Program-made: the position numbers and the translations under genes
Notes under the pieces: model-generated
Seen by the model: the letters and a program-made list of their open reading frames with translations, nothing else
Databases searched by the model: none
What the model was told of the DNA's origin: nothing
From: Reclinomonas americana ATCC 50394
Lineage: Eukaryota
Reading direction: 5' to 3'
DNA: 64,000 nucleotides
Assembly (NCBI GenBank): GCA_048213135.1
Contig: PS015009.1
Location: 1,426,001 to 1,490,000 of the forward strand
Shown: positions 9,349 through 19,533 of the stretch, in pieces
Layout of the letters: each line of letters begins with the position of its first letter
Numbering within the stretch: the stretch's first letter is position 1

Positions 9349-11511
9349 TTACCGAACAAGCTTCAGTTCATCGATGATGTTCTTTGCGCCGCCCAGTTTA
9401 TCCACGCACCACAGTACATAACGTACGTCTACGCAAATGGTACGGTTCAGGTCTTTATCAAACGCGATCTTATGGCTGAGGGCTTCGTAGTTGCCATCGA
9501 AAGCCAGGCCGATCAGGTTACCACTGCCGTCGATAACAGGAGAACCTGAGTTACCGCCGGTGATATCGTTGGTGGTAATGAAACCTACTACCAGGTCGTT
9601 GGTGCGCTTGTCGATATACTGGCCAAAATCCCTTTTCTTCAGCAGTTCGATCTGTTTGGAAGGCAGGTCAAATTCGTAATCGCCGGGAACATATTTTTCA
9701 AGAATGCCCTTGCTGGTTGTTACATAATCATAGAAAACAGCATCACGTGGGCGGTAGCTTTTTACATTACCATAGCTTACCCTCATGCTGAAGTTGGCAT
9801 CGGGGTACATTTTTTTAGCAGCTGTTGGGTTCATTTCCATGATACCTTTCAAATACGCCCTGCCCAGTTCCGCATTCTTGCTGTTGAAAGCGGTATACAG
9901 CGAAGCGTATTTGGTGGTATAGTTTTTAAAGAAAGCTGAGGCGAAAGCAAAAGCCGGATCAGCCTGTAATGCAGCGGCAGTAGGCGCAGCGGCAAAAGCG
10001 TCCCACTTGGTATCATCCAGGAACATGGTATTGGCAAATACATCATGCGCCCATTTTTTATAAGTAGCTTCATCTTTCAGGTCACCGTAAGTGCCTTTCA
10101 GGCTTTCATAAAAACCAACAGGGTGCTGATTTTTGTCGATGTCATTGTAATACATCATAGCAACCGCAGCGAGAATTTTTTCATCGCTGGGTTTGTCTTC
10201 GCTTTCCAGGAATCCTTTACGGCTGGCAGAAGCGGCGTCCACGGCTTTTTTCAGATCGGCGGCAGATGTATTGGTCTTGATCAGTTTGTCTTCCAGCGAA
10301 AACAGGCCGGCGCCAAAAGAAGCCAGCGACGATCCGGCAATGCCTTCATTGATGTACTGACGCATTTTGCTGTAAGGCGTCCAGGCGGTATAGTTCTTGG
10401 CATAATCGGCGAAAATATTTTCATATTCAGGTTTGCCTTTTGCCCATGTCATGAATTTATTTTCATAAGCCTGTTTCTCTTCGTAGGTTTTGAACTTGGT
10501 GAGCTGTTTGGTTTCACCGTCAAAGAATTTCCAGTAGTTGGCTACGCTGGCGTAGTTGCTGGCCAGTTTCAGTTTAACAGCCGGATCTTTGATCATTTGC
10601 TCATGCATATACTTCAGGCGCATATCGCGTAAGCCAACGAGTGAAGGGTTCTCAATCTCGTTTTTCAGTTTGATGCCGTAGCTGGTTTCATAACGGTTGG
10701 TGCTGCCGGGATAACCGTAGATCATAGCATAATCACCATCTTTAAAACCTTTGATGCTTACAGGCAGGAAGTATTTGGGTTTCAGCGGAACGTTCTCTTT
10801 GCTGTAATCGGCAGGTTTGCCGTCTTTGGAAGCATATACACGGAAGATGCTGAAGTCGCCGGTATGACGGGGCCATTCCCAGTTGTCGGTATCGCCACCA
10901 AATTTACCTACGCTTTCCGGCGGAGCGCCTACCAGGCGGATATCGCGGTAGCGTTTGTATACATACATGATGTACTGGTTGCCTTTGAACATGCTGTAGA
11001 TGCGGCCTTCCAGTCCATTGTCCTTGTCGGCCACTTTATCGGTAATGGCTTTGTATACATCAGGCAGTTTTTTTATGCGGTCGGCCCAGGCCAGCCCTTT
11101 TACGCCATCTTCCACATCTTTGGTTACGTCAACGATCTGTTCCAGGAACTGAACGGAGAGTTTGCTTTGTATTTCCTGGTCTTTGTTATAGGCATAGAAA
11201 CCATCACGCAGGTAGTTGTTCTGAACCGAACTGGCACTGGCGATAGCGTCATAGCCGCAGTGGTGGTTGGTAAAGATGAGCCCCTGGCTGCTCACGATCT
11301 CGCCTGTACATCCGCCGCCAAAAATGATGATGGCGTCTTTCAGGGAAGATTTGTTGATGGAATACAATTGTTCTTTGGTGAGTTTAAGTCCTCTTTTCAC
11401 CATATCATCATATACCTGCTGACCCAGCAGCATAGGTAACCACATACCTTCGTCGGCACTGGCTTTGAATAAACTGAGCGATAGTACTACCGCGATAAAA
11501 AATTTCTTCAT
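9349..11511 (-). CDS. dpp7: S46 family dipeptidyl peptidase (DPP7-type)
   Basis: DEGMWLP, TNHHC, NWEWPRHTGDF, ITGGNSGSPV. 'AFDGN' has Gly where DPP11 has Arg. Confidence 0.9.
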   Translation of the reverse strand: MKKFFIAVVLSLSLFKASADEGMWLPMLLGQQVYDDMVKRGLKLTKEQLYSINKSSLKDAIIIFGGGCTGEIVSSQGLIFTNHHCGYDAIASASSVQNNYLRDGFYAYNKDQEIQSKLSVQFLEQIVDVTKDVEDGVKGLAWADRIKKLPDVYKAITDKVADKDNGLEGRIYSMFKGNQYIMYVYKRYRDIRLVGAPPESVGKFGGDTDNWEWPRHTGDFSIFRVYASKDGKPADYSKENVPLKPKYFLPVSIKGFKDGDYAMIYGYPGSTNRYETSYGIKLKNEIENPSLVGLRDMRLKYMHEQMIKDPAVKLKLASNYASVANYWKFFDGETKQLTKFKTYEEKQAYENKFMTWAKGKPEYENIFADYAKNYTAWTPYSKMRQYINEGIAGSSLASFGAGLFSLEDKLIKTNTSAADLKKAVDAASASRKGFLESEDKPSDEKILAAVAMMYYNDIDKNQHPVGFYESLKGTYGDLKDEATYKKWAHDVFANTMFLDDTKWDAFAAAPTAAALQADPAFAFASAFFKNYTTKYASLYTAFNSKNAELGRAYLKGIMEMNPTAAKKMYPDANFSMRVSYGNVKSYRPRDAVFYDYVTTSKGILEKYVPGDYEFDLPSKQIELLKKRDFGQYIDKRTNDLVVGFITTNDITGGNSGSPVIDGSGNLIGLAFDGNYEALSHKIAFDKDLNRTICVDVRYVLWCVDKLGGAKNIIDELKLVR

Positions 11512-11879
11512 ATAACTTGAGATTTGTGGCGACAAACTTAGTCAAATAATCCGGTTTCCCTAAGGAAATAAGGAAGGTTGGCCACCGGCTACAGGCGGCA
11601 GACCATGGAAGCGGATTTTAACCCATTCGTTCCTCTATTAATGACCTTTTACCAGTCCGGGGCTGAATTGGCCTATTTGATCGTGTCTCAGTTTGAAAAC
11701 AGATAAGCCTTCCCGCTAAGCCGTTAAGGCCACAAAAGGTTGCTAGGTAGAGTATATACTTACTTAGTGTTCTTCGTGTTTTTGTGGGAAATATATTCAA
11801 ATTGAGACACTATCGCCTATTTTCACATTCGCATATTGGCTCATTAACAATTATATTTGTTGTCCTTAATCAACGTATT

Positions 11880-13415
11880 GTGGCCATATTCGATATCAAG
11901 CTTCCTAAAACCATTGCCCGGGCGCTTAACCTGCCCGTCAGCGATCCGCGCCGGCAGCAGCTTAAAGTGCTGAAAAAACTGCTGCGCAAGGCAAGGTTCA
12001 CGGAGTTCGGTCAGCGTTACCGTTTTGATGAGATATTGCTGAGCCGCCACCCCGGCAAAAAATTCCAGCAACTGGTACCCACATCCGATTACAATAAAAT
12101 ATACGATGCCTGGTGGTACAAGACCAAGGAGGGGATCCCCGACGTATGCTGGCCCGGCAAGATCAAATACTTCGCCCTCAGCAGCGGTACCAGCGACGCC
12201 ACCAGCAAATACATTCCCATTACCAAGGACCTCATCCGCAGCAATACCATTACCAGCATCAAGCAGTTACTGAGCCTCACCAGTTATGAAAAAGTGCCGA
12301 AAAGCGCTGTTGGTAAAGGCTGGCTTATGCTGGGCGGCAGTACGCAATTGCAGAAAGGGCCTACTTATTTTGCAGGCGACCTCAGTGGCATCCAGCAAAA
12401 GAATATCCCCTTCTGGTTCCAGGGACTGGGCCTGTATAAGCCCGGCAAAAAGATAGCGCGGGAAAAGGACTGGACAAAAAAGCTGGAGGAGGTGGTGGAG
12501 AATGCGCCCAACTGGGACATCGGTTTTATAGTAGGCGTACCCGCCTGGCTGCAGTTGTGTATGGAAAAAGTGATTGAACGATATGAACTGAACAATATCC
12601 ACGAAATATGGCCCAACCTGGCATTTTATGTGCACGGCGGCGTAGCCATGGAGCCCTACCGCAGGGGTTTTGAAAAACTGCTGGGCAAGCCCATTACTTA
12701 TATCGAGACCTACCTGGCCAGTGAAGGTTTCCTGGCTTACCAGAACAGGCAGGGCGCCAAAGGCATGCACCTGGTGCTTAACAACAACATCTTTTTTGAA
12801 TTTGTGCCTTTTGATGATACCAACTTCGACAGTGAAGGCAATATGATCGCGGAGCCGGAAGCGTACATGATCCATGAAATAGAAGAGAATAAAGATTACG
12901 CCATACTCATCAGCACCAATGCCGGCGCCTGGCGCTATGCCATAGGTGATACGGTAAGACTGGTAGATGCAGAACGCAGCGAGGTGGTGATTACCGGCCG
13001 TATCAAACACTTCCTCAGCCTGGTAGGCGAACACCTGAGCGTAGACAATATGAACAAAGCCATACAAATGGTGAGTACCGACCTGAATATTTCCATACCG
13101 GAATTTACAGTGGCGGGCGTTCCCTTTGGCAGCTTCTTCGCTCACCAGTGGTATGTAGCCACCGACGACGCGGTAGATGCCGACGACCTCCGGCAGCGGA
13201 TAGACGCCAAACTGAAAGAACTGAACGACGACTATGAAGTGGAACGCAGGCATGCGCTTAAAGAAGTAATGGTGGAAGTGTTGCCGGGAAAAGTGTTCAT
13301 GGATTTCATGAAAGCAAAAGGGAAAGAAGGTGGTCAGCATAAATTTCCAAGGGTATTGAAAGGAAGAATGCTGGAAGACTGGCAACTGTTCCTTAAAGGG
13401 GCGCTTTCGGTTTAA
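11880..13415 (+). CDS. GH3 auxin-responsive-promoter family (acyl-adenylate ligase-like) protein
   Basis: FALSSGTS, YLASEGF, GAWRYAIGDTV, GGQHKFPR. GTG start preceded by a TATATTTG box. Confidence 0.88.
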   Translation: MAIFDIKLPKTIARALNLPVSDPRRQQLKVLKKLLRKARFTEFGQRYRFDEILLSRHPGKKFQQLVPTSDYNKIYDAWWYKTKEGIPDVCWPGKIKYFALSSGTSDATSKYIPITKDLIRSNTITSIKQLLSLTSYEKVPKSAVGKGWLMLGGSTQLQKGPTYFAGDLSGIQQKNIPFWFQGLGLYKPGKKIAREKDWTKKLEEVVENAPNWDIGFIVGVPAWLQLCMEKVIERYELNNIHEIWPNLAFYVHGGVAMEPYRRGFEKLLGKPITYIETYLASEGFLAYQNRQGAKGMHLVLNNNIFFEFVPFDDTNFDSEGNMIAEPEAYMIHEIEENKDYAILISTNAGAWRYAIGDTVRLVDAERSEVVITGRIKHFLSLVGEHLSVDNMNKAIQMVSTDLNISIPEFTVAGVPFGSFFAHQWYVATDDAVDADDLRQRIDAKLKELNDDYEVERRHALKEVMVEVLPGKVFMDFMKAKGKEGGQHKFPRVLKGRMLEDWQLFLKGALSV

Positions 13416-13517
13416 TAACCGATGCCATGGTGTTCAAACTTAATTGTATAAACCGTATACGGATATTTTCACATTGCCCTCTTCTTTTTATATTAGCATA
13501 CTTAAAACAATGAGCCA

Positions 13518-14151
13518 ATGCTGAACGCGGTCATAGCGGGGATTGTACTGGGGTTGGCATTGGTGTTCTCTGTAGGGCCGGTTATCTTCACTATTATCAA
13601 ATTACGGATCAATTACGGCATCAGCAGCGCCTTCTATTTTATTTCCGGCGTATGGCTGAGCGACCTGCTTTGGGTAGTAACCGCCAATTTTTTTTTCAGG
13701 GCTGATAGGTGAACTGCTCGTTTATGAAAGACAGATCGGGATTGCAGGTGGCGTCTTCCTCATCAGCCTGGGGATTTATTACCTGTTCTTCAAAAAATAC
13801 CACAAAGGCGACGAGAACGTAGAGATCAAAAAATCGAACCTTACCCACGCCAAACTCTTCGCTACCGGGTTTTTGATCAATACCCTCAATCCCGGCGTTA
13901 TCGCGTTGTGGTTTGGGGCCGCCACCAAAAGCATTTCCAATACCTTCAACGAAACCATGGTCACCTTTGCCATTTGTCTTTCCATCAATATAACTGCCGA
14001 TATTTTTAAAATTGAACTGGCCGGGAAACTGAAGAAAAGATTGAATCCGAAGAACATCACCCTCATCAATAAAATATCCGGAACCCTCTTCATTGCCTTT
14101 GGTGTGCTGCTGATTGTTGGCGTTATTTATAAGACCGTCAAACATTCTTAA
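13518..14151 (+). pseudogene. LysE-family translocator with +1 frameshift in a T9 run (13688-13696)
   Basis: 'LALVFSVGPVIF' N-terminus and 'INTLNPGVIALW' C-terminal half lie in different frames. Removing one T gives continuous NFFSGLIGELLVYERQIGIAGG. Confidence 0.8.
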
Positions 14152-14199
14152 CAGTTCTTTTACGGACAAATCGGCCCGGGCGTATTACTTTGCCGCCCA

Positions 14200-14757
14200 A
14201 TGAAATACCTGCTGCTTTGTTGCTCCTTTCTCTTTTTATCTGCCGCGTATTCCCAGTCGGCCGACTTTTTAGTGCTGAAAAAGAAAAACAAGATCATACA
14301 GAAGTTCTTCAGCGGAGAAAATATAGCGTTCACCAGCAGCAATGGCAACCACCTCGACGCTTACATTAATAAGATACAAAACGACACCGTTTACCTGCAG
14401 CAGTTTGTTGTGCGGTACCTCCCCACCACTTTCGGTACCTACATAGTTGATACGGCAGGCAGTTACCGTTACAAATACCATTACAAACAGATTGTAGCCA
14501 TCGGCCAAAAAGCCAACAGCAACTTCAACTGGAAAGGCAGTGGTGCGGCATTACTAAGCGGCGGCGCTGTACTCACGCTGGGCAGCGGTGTTGTTGCGAT
14601 AGCCGATCCTGAAAAATTCAGTGCGCCACTCCTGATCAGCTCTGCCGCGCTGGGTACACTGGGCTACTTTATGGCGAAAGGAAAGAAAAGCCTGGGGCTG
14701 CCCATTGGCAAAAAATACACACTGACATATATGAATATGCAGAACAAGCCATCCTGA
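14200..14757 (+). CDS. Hypothetical secreted/membrane protein
   Basis: Signal peptide ('AYSQ') and C-terminal Gly-rich hydrophobic hairpin. Confidence 0.7.
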   Translation: MKYLLLCCSFLFLSAAYSQSADFLVLKKKNKIIQKFFSGENIAFTSSNGNHLDAYINKIQNDTVYLQQFVVRYLPTTFGTYIVDTAGSYRYKYHYKQIVAIGQKANSNFNWKGSGAALLSGGAVLTLGSGVVAIADPEKFSAPLLISSAALGTLGYFMAKGKKSLGLPIGKKYTLTYMNMQNKPS

Positions 14758-14791
14758 TTGTCTATATTCGAATAACAATCGATCATTATCT

Positions 14792-15691
14792 ATGGCCCCT
14801 AACCGAAGAGCCGCCTGGTGGCGCATCACGAAAAAGATATTCTTCGTCATCTTTATCCTCCATACCACCTGGTTCATTATTTTCCTGGCACAGCAATTCA
14901 ACAACTCGGGTTTCCCGATTGAAAAACTGAAGACGAAGGTATTGCTGGTACTGGCGGTAGTGCTCGTATGCGGGTTATTGTATTACTTCTGGCTGAGGCA
15001 TATCGCGGTGGTAAAAAAAGTAGCCGTTGTGCTGAGAGAGATCTTCTTTATCTGTTATATCTCTTCCTTCGTTTATTTACTGCTGGGCTTCATTTTCAAT
15101 CCACCCATTACCATTACACAAATAGGCAGCCTGCTGGGCGGGCACGGACTGAAAAGGGATTATGTGTCTTACAGCGAAATGAGCAGCAACATCAAACTGG
15201 CTGTAATCGCCAGTGAAGACCAGTTGTTTCCCGACCACGACGGGTTTGACCTTAAAGCCATCAAGAAAGCCATTAAGTACAACGCCCGTCATACCACCCG
15301 GCAAAGAGGGGCCAGTACGCTCAGCCAGCAAACCGCGAAGAATGTTTTCCTTTGGCAGGGCGGTGGTTTTTTCCGTAAAGGGCTGGAAGTGTATTTTACT
15401 TTCAGTATAGAAAAACTGTGGGGTAAGGAAAAAATACTGGAACGTTATCTTAACGTGGCGGAAATGGGGCCCGGCATATTTGGTGTACAGGCCGCCGCCA
15501 GGGCTTATTTCAATAAAGACGCGAAAGACCTTAGCCGAATAGAAGCAGCGCAGATCGCGGCCTGCCTGCCCAATCCCAAAAAGTTATCGGTAAAACCATT
15601 AAGCGGTTATGTGGCATCCAGGGCCAATGCCATAGCTGCGCAGATGAATAACCTGGCCGGCGACCCGGATATACAGGAGTTGCTTAAATAA
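14792..15691 (+). CDS. mtgA: Monofunctional peptidoglycan transglycosylase with extra N-terminal TM helices
   Basis: EDQLFPDHDGFD, RGASTLSQQTAKN, RKGLE, YLNVAEMG motifs. Confidence 0.92.
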   Translation: MAPNRRAAWWRITKKIFFVIFILHTTWFIIFLAQQFNNSGFPIEKLKTKVLLVLAVVLVCGLLYYFWLRHIAVVKKVAVVLREIFFICYISSFVYLLLGFIFNPPITITQIGSLLGGHGLKRDYVSYSEMSSNIKLAVIASEDQLFPDHDGFDLKAIKKAIKYNARHTTRQRGASTLSQQTAKNVFLWQGGGFFRKGLEVYFTFSIEKLWGKEKILERYLNVAEMGPGIFGVQAAARAYFNKDAKDLSRIEAAQIAACLPNPKKLSVKPLSGYVASRANAIAAQMNNLAGDPDIQELLK

Positions 15692-16235
15692 TGGCATCAA
15701 CCGCCTGTATGGCTTTCTGCAAACGCTCATCATAAGTACCGGAAATATCAACCCAGGGGGTGCTTTGGTTGATCATGGTATCGCGGTAATGATGGTACAA
15801 CCGAACCCTCGATTCCAGGTCGGGGTACTCCCGCAGCTCATCTTTCACCCAGGGAATGTCAACGTTGCAAAGCAGGTAAAGATCATACTGACGTTCTGTA
15901 ATGCGGTTGAGAATCCAGTTATGTGTTTTATAAAAAACCACTTCGCACCATACTTTCATCACCTGCATGTCGGTATCGATGAAGAAAGGCAGGTGATCAC
16001 TGTTTCTTCCCGCATCCTGTAATTTTTTTGTCACCGCTGCCAGGCCCTCCTCTTCCAGCCTCAGCTGGTTTTGAGCGATGTGAAGCAGGTCGTCGAAACT
16101 GTATTGTGTTCCATGTTTGAGCAGGTATTCGCGTGCATATTCCTTTGCCCAGCCGGTCGCATAATGATCAGCCAGTCTTTCGCACAGTGTGCTTTTACCG
16201 GTGGATTCCGGTCCTATTACCACGATCTTTTTCAT
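15684..16235 (-). CDS. NadR-type ribosylnicotinamide kinase (AAA_28-like ATPase)
   Basis: Walker A 'GPESTGKST', EYAREY, IDTD, DIPWVKDELRE; co-oriented with pnuC. Confidence 0.85.
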   Translation of the reverse strand: MKKIVVIGPESTGKSTLCERLADHYATGWAKEYAREYLLKHGTQYSFDDLLHIAQNQLRLEEEGLAAVTKKLQDAGRNSDHLPFFIDTDMQVMKVWCEVVFYKTHNWILNRITERQYDLYLLCNVDIPWVKDELREYPDLESRVRLYHHYRDTMINQSTPWVDISGTYDERLQKAIQAVDAII

Positions 16236-16265
16236 TGTTCTGTTGGTTTTCAGGGGTACGGACAA

Positions 16266-16445
16266 TTATCGTTTTTTCTGGAACTGGTAAAGGTCGTATA
16301 AAAAACTGATGGTAAAAAGAATGATGATGCCAACCCGGATATTCTTACGGTAGGTTTCCTGCGGGGGGAAATAATAATAGGAAAAGGAAAGGACGAGAAT
16401 GAACAATCCTTTAATAATGAGCCATATCTTCCTGTTCTTCGTCAT
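16266..16445 (-). CDS. Small 2-TM hypothetical protein
   Basis: ATG lies 2 nt after the tag stop; two hydrophobic helices. Confidence 0.55.
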   Translation of the reverse strand: MTKNRKIWLIIKGLFILVLSFSYYYFPPQETYRKNIRVGIIILFTISFLYDLYQFQKKR

Positions 16446-16446
16446 G

Positions 16447-16995
16447 TTATTTTTTAAGCCATGCCGGTTTGGCTTTAAGTACTTTTTTATAGATAACACA
16501 CCCTTCATGATGAGCGCCGGGCAGGTAACCCGTACTCATAAGGAATTCATTCACAATCTCCCCGCCGGTAAAGCGGAAAGTTTTTTTAAAAAGTTTGGTC
16601 CATTCTTCCCTGGATAAAGGGTGCTGCGCATCCAGCCATTTTCTGAAGGAACCGTGTTCCTTTTGCAGTTGCAGGATGGTTTTGGCGTTCTCAATAGCGG
16701 CGTTCACTTTTAAACGGTTGCGGATGATGCCGGCATCGTTCAGCAGGCGTTCCACATCTTTTTCTTTATACGCTGCCACTTTTTTTATGCTGAAATTATG
16801 ATAGGCTTTTCGGAAACTCTCCTGCTTTCGCAAAATGGTTGTCCAGCTCAGCCCCGCCTGGTTGATCTCCAGTATAAGCCTGCAAAACAGTTCATCGTCT
16901 TCCGGTATGGGAAAGCCATAAAACTGATCGTGGTAGATCCTGTGTAATTCTTTATCATCGCCCTTCATATTGGGGATGGCTGCACAATAACTCAT
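16447..16995 (-). CDS. tag: DNA-3-methyladenine glycosylase I
   Basis: YHD, LEINQAGLSWTTIL, GIIRNRLK, AHHEGC. Confidence 0.92.
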   Translation of the reverse strand: MSYCAAIPNMKGDDKELHRIYHDQFYGFPIPEDDELFCRLILEINQAGLSWTTILRKQESFRKAYHNFSIKKVAAYKEKDVERLLNDAGIIRNRLKVNAAIENAKTILQLQKEHGSFRKWLDAQHPLSREEWTKLFKKTFRFTGGEIVNEFLMSTGYLPGAHHEGCVIYKKVLKAKPAWLKK

Positions 16996-17002
16996 AAATT
17001 AT

Positions 17003-17656
17003 TTATATCGGTTGACGGGTTTGTTTTCTTTTCATCCATTCAAAAAGGCCGAAGATGGCCATCACCAGCAAAACTACATAGTATACGCTGGTAAACACGT
17101 AATGTTTTACAAAATAGAGTGGAATGGAGGCAATGTTGGTAGCGATCCACCAGTACCAGCTCTCCACTTTCTTTTTGGTCATGAGCCACATGCCGGTATA
17201 AGCGGTTGCACTGGCAAAGGCGTCGGCCCAGGGTATGGCGCCGGTGATCTCCTTCCTTTCACTCAGCCACTGGATACCAAAGTACAGGGCTACATAAAAG
17301 ACACCGAAGAAAAGAAGATGCCGTGCCCACTCCCCGCCCGTGGAAGAAGTGATGTGCAATACATGTTCCTGCTGCTCATTCCTGCGGGCCCACATCGTCC
17401 ATCCCCACACGCTCATAACGGTGTAGTAAAAGTTAACACTGGCTTCGCCCAGCAGTCCGCCTTTAAAACTGATATAGATGTAAATGATGGTATTGATGAG
17501 ACCGGTAGGATATACCCATATGTTCTCCAGGCGGCTGAACCATACACTGGCAATGCCTGCGAAAACGGCAATGTATTCCAGCCAGGTGGTTTGCTTCATT
17601 CCGGTAATGAACTGCTCGTAAATTTCGTGCAATGACAAGGCAAGTGATTTTATCAA
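17003..17656 (-). CDS. pnuC: Nicotinamide riboside transporter
   Basis: Multi-TM; 'ENIWVYPTG', 'PWADAF', 'KKKVESWYWW'. Confidence 0.9.
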   Translation of the reverse strand: MIKSLALSLHEIYEQFITGMKQTTWLEYIAVFAGIASVWFSRLENIWVYPTGLINTIIYIYISFKGGLLGEASVNFYYTVMSVWGWTMWARRNEQQEHVLHITSSTGGEWARHLLFFGVFYVALYFGIQWLSERKEITGAIPWADAFASATAYTGMWLMTKKKVESWYWWIATNIASIPLYFVKHYVFTSVYYVVLLVMAIFGLFEWMKRKQTRQPI

Positions 17657-17827
17657 AAGTATTTAAATAATCATGAATTGCCGGGAAATACTGCGACGCC
17701 TAAGCGTACAATAAATAAACGGAAAGTTGTATATTACCAATCATATCCTCTCCGTATCCTGTTTATGCCATTCTAAAATACACTATCCTTTCTGCACAAT
17801 AGTTGTAACTAACTTAACCTTTCCCGG

Positions 17828-19468
17828 ATGCGGTTCAATAATATTATTGGAGAATATCTGCTTCATGCGCAGGTAAGAGAGCCCATAGATATTGAGCTCG
17901 ACTATTTCGAACACTCCATTAAAAAGGCGGCCATAAGAAATGACCTGACTTCCCGGGAGTATAAGGAACTTCTTACAGCAATGTTTCATCAGGCCGGAGT
18001 GGATTATGGTATTGAAACACCGGAGGAATTCGCTCCGAAGCTTTTTGCCGCCACATTTAAAATACATTACCTGGCAGCAAAGATATTCGCTGATCATATT
18101 TTTTCAGATGAGCGGGCAGCAAAGATGCTGTGCATGAACGGGGAGCGGATTGTGGAAATATTAAAAACCCGCGAAGTTACAGCGGAGGAATTCAGCACTA
18201 AAGTATTCGACTACCTGATCAGCACACCCTTACTGATTGATTTTGACCAGGAGTTTAACGCGGCTGCAGGGATCAATACCGGTATAGCAGACCGGTTCGT
18301 GTATTTTCATATGGGAATTTCTGATTCGCTGAACGATATTTCGAAACTGATTGCACACAGCAATGCATCCGCGTTTGAAAACAGGTTGGTTTTTCATGGA
18401 AATCACGGACATTTTAACCAGTACCTGTCTAATCAATCCGCATTTATTTCCTTGTTGAATCCCTGTTCCGCCTGGAAGAAAGATCATTTTTTTGCGACCA
18501 AACTGTCAATTCCGCAAACTTTGCTGGCCTCCAACCTTTCGGCATTGAGCGAGTGCTGGGTATTGTTTCATGAATACGCCCATCTCTTCCTGGGAAATTT
18601 TCCGGAATATTTTACAAGACAAAACCCCGGGGAAGTGCTGCACAAATTTCAATACGAGTTTATTTGCGATGAGATAGCGACCAGGGTTTTGGTAAAAGCC
18701 GACAGGCTGGCTTCCGTTGCTTCAGAACTCGCCCTCTATATCATTTACTATTCTAACGACACATCGGAGACCAGGGAGGACCTCAGTCACCCCTCTGTAT
18801 TGGGAAGGCTCAACAGGATACAGGATATCACCGGGGCGGCATTCGGTACCGGGATTTCGAGGATCAACAACCTTATTGAAATACCATATCAGTTCATGCA
18901 AAACAGATTTTTTATGAAAGAAACATTGGCAGCACTTGGTAAGCGGGTAGATAACTTTTTCAGCGAGCCCGCTTTTCCGGCCGGCATAAGGGAAACAGAA
19001 GCATTTGACCGTTTCATTAAGGACATTAATGAGAAAGGATTTTCCCTGCCTGTAAACTCGCCGGAGTTTTTAACAACAATAATTAAAGACGATGAAGGAA
19101 ACGTGAGGCAAATGGTGTATGTAAAAACCACGACTTTGTTTACCCTTTTTTCCAGCGCACTGGCTAACCTGCTCTGGCCTGAAAATCCTATGCAGTTCAC
19201 GCTTAATTTCCTGTCCTTTATCGTTTGTCTTTCCGACAATGTATTTAAAATACCATCAGAAGCGGCCTGTTTTATTTTTAACGAAGTTGTAGAAGACAGG
19301 GTGATCAGTAAAGACGGGCTTACCATACGGCTTGAACAAAGCAATATAAAATATACGAAAGAAGAGCTGGAAGCCGGTTTCAGGGAGTTAACAGACCTGG
19401 GTATACTCGATTGCAGGTATGAGCAGGTAACAATAAGGGATGTATTTATTGAGATCAACCCCTATTGA
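17828..19468 (+). CDS. Hypothetical HExxH metallopeptidase (Lit/U49- or M48-like) with possible C-terminal winged helix
   Basis: 'WVLFHEYAH', downstream 'EFICDEIA' and 'SHPSVLGRL'; no signal peptide. Confidence 0.6.
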   Translation: MRFNNIIGEYLLHAQVREPIDIELDYFEHSIKKAAIRNDLTSREYKELLTAMFHQAGVDYGIETPEEFAPKLFAATFKIHYLAAKIFADHIFSDERAAKMLCMNGERIVEILKTREVTAEEFSTKVFDYLISTPLLIDFDQEFNAAAGINTGIADRFVYFHMGISDSLNDISKLIAHSNASAFENRLVFHGNHGHFNQYLSNQSAFISLLNPCSAWKKDHFFATKLSIPQTLLASNLSALSECWVLFHEYAHLFLGNFPEYFTRQNPGEVLHKFQYEFICDEIATRVLVKADRLASVASELALYIIYYSNDTSETREDLSHPSVLGRLNRIQDITGAAFGTGISRINNLIEIPYQFMQNRFFMKETLAALGKRVDNFFSEPAFPAGIRETEAFDRFIKDINEKGFSLPVNSPEFLTTIIKDDEGNVRQMVYVKTTTLFTLFSSALANLLWPENPMQFTLNFLSFIVCLSDNVFKIPSEAACFIFNEVVEDRVISKDGLTIRLEQSNIKYTKEELEAGFRELTDLGILDCRYEQVTIRDVFIEINPY

Positions 19469-19533
19469 TAAACAGGCACAGAAAAAAGGCACTTCTTTCG
19501 AAATGCCCGGTGTATATGGAGTTGGAGTAGTTG

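Noticed and set aside
11540-11870. AT-rich intergenic stretch with a 60-aa ORF (11618-11800)
   Set aside because: No motif or recognisable repeat; consistent with a divergent promoter region.
12267-13385. 372-aa minus-strand ORF
   Set aside because: Antisense shadow of the GH3-family gene.
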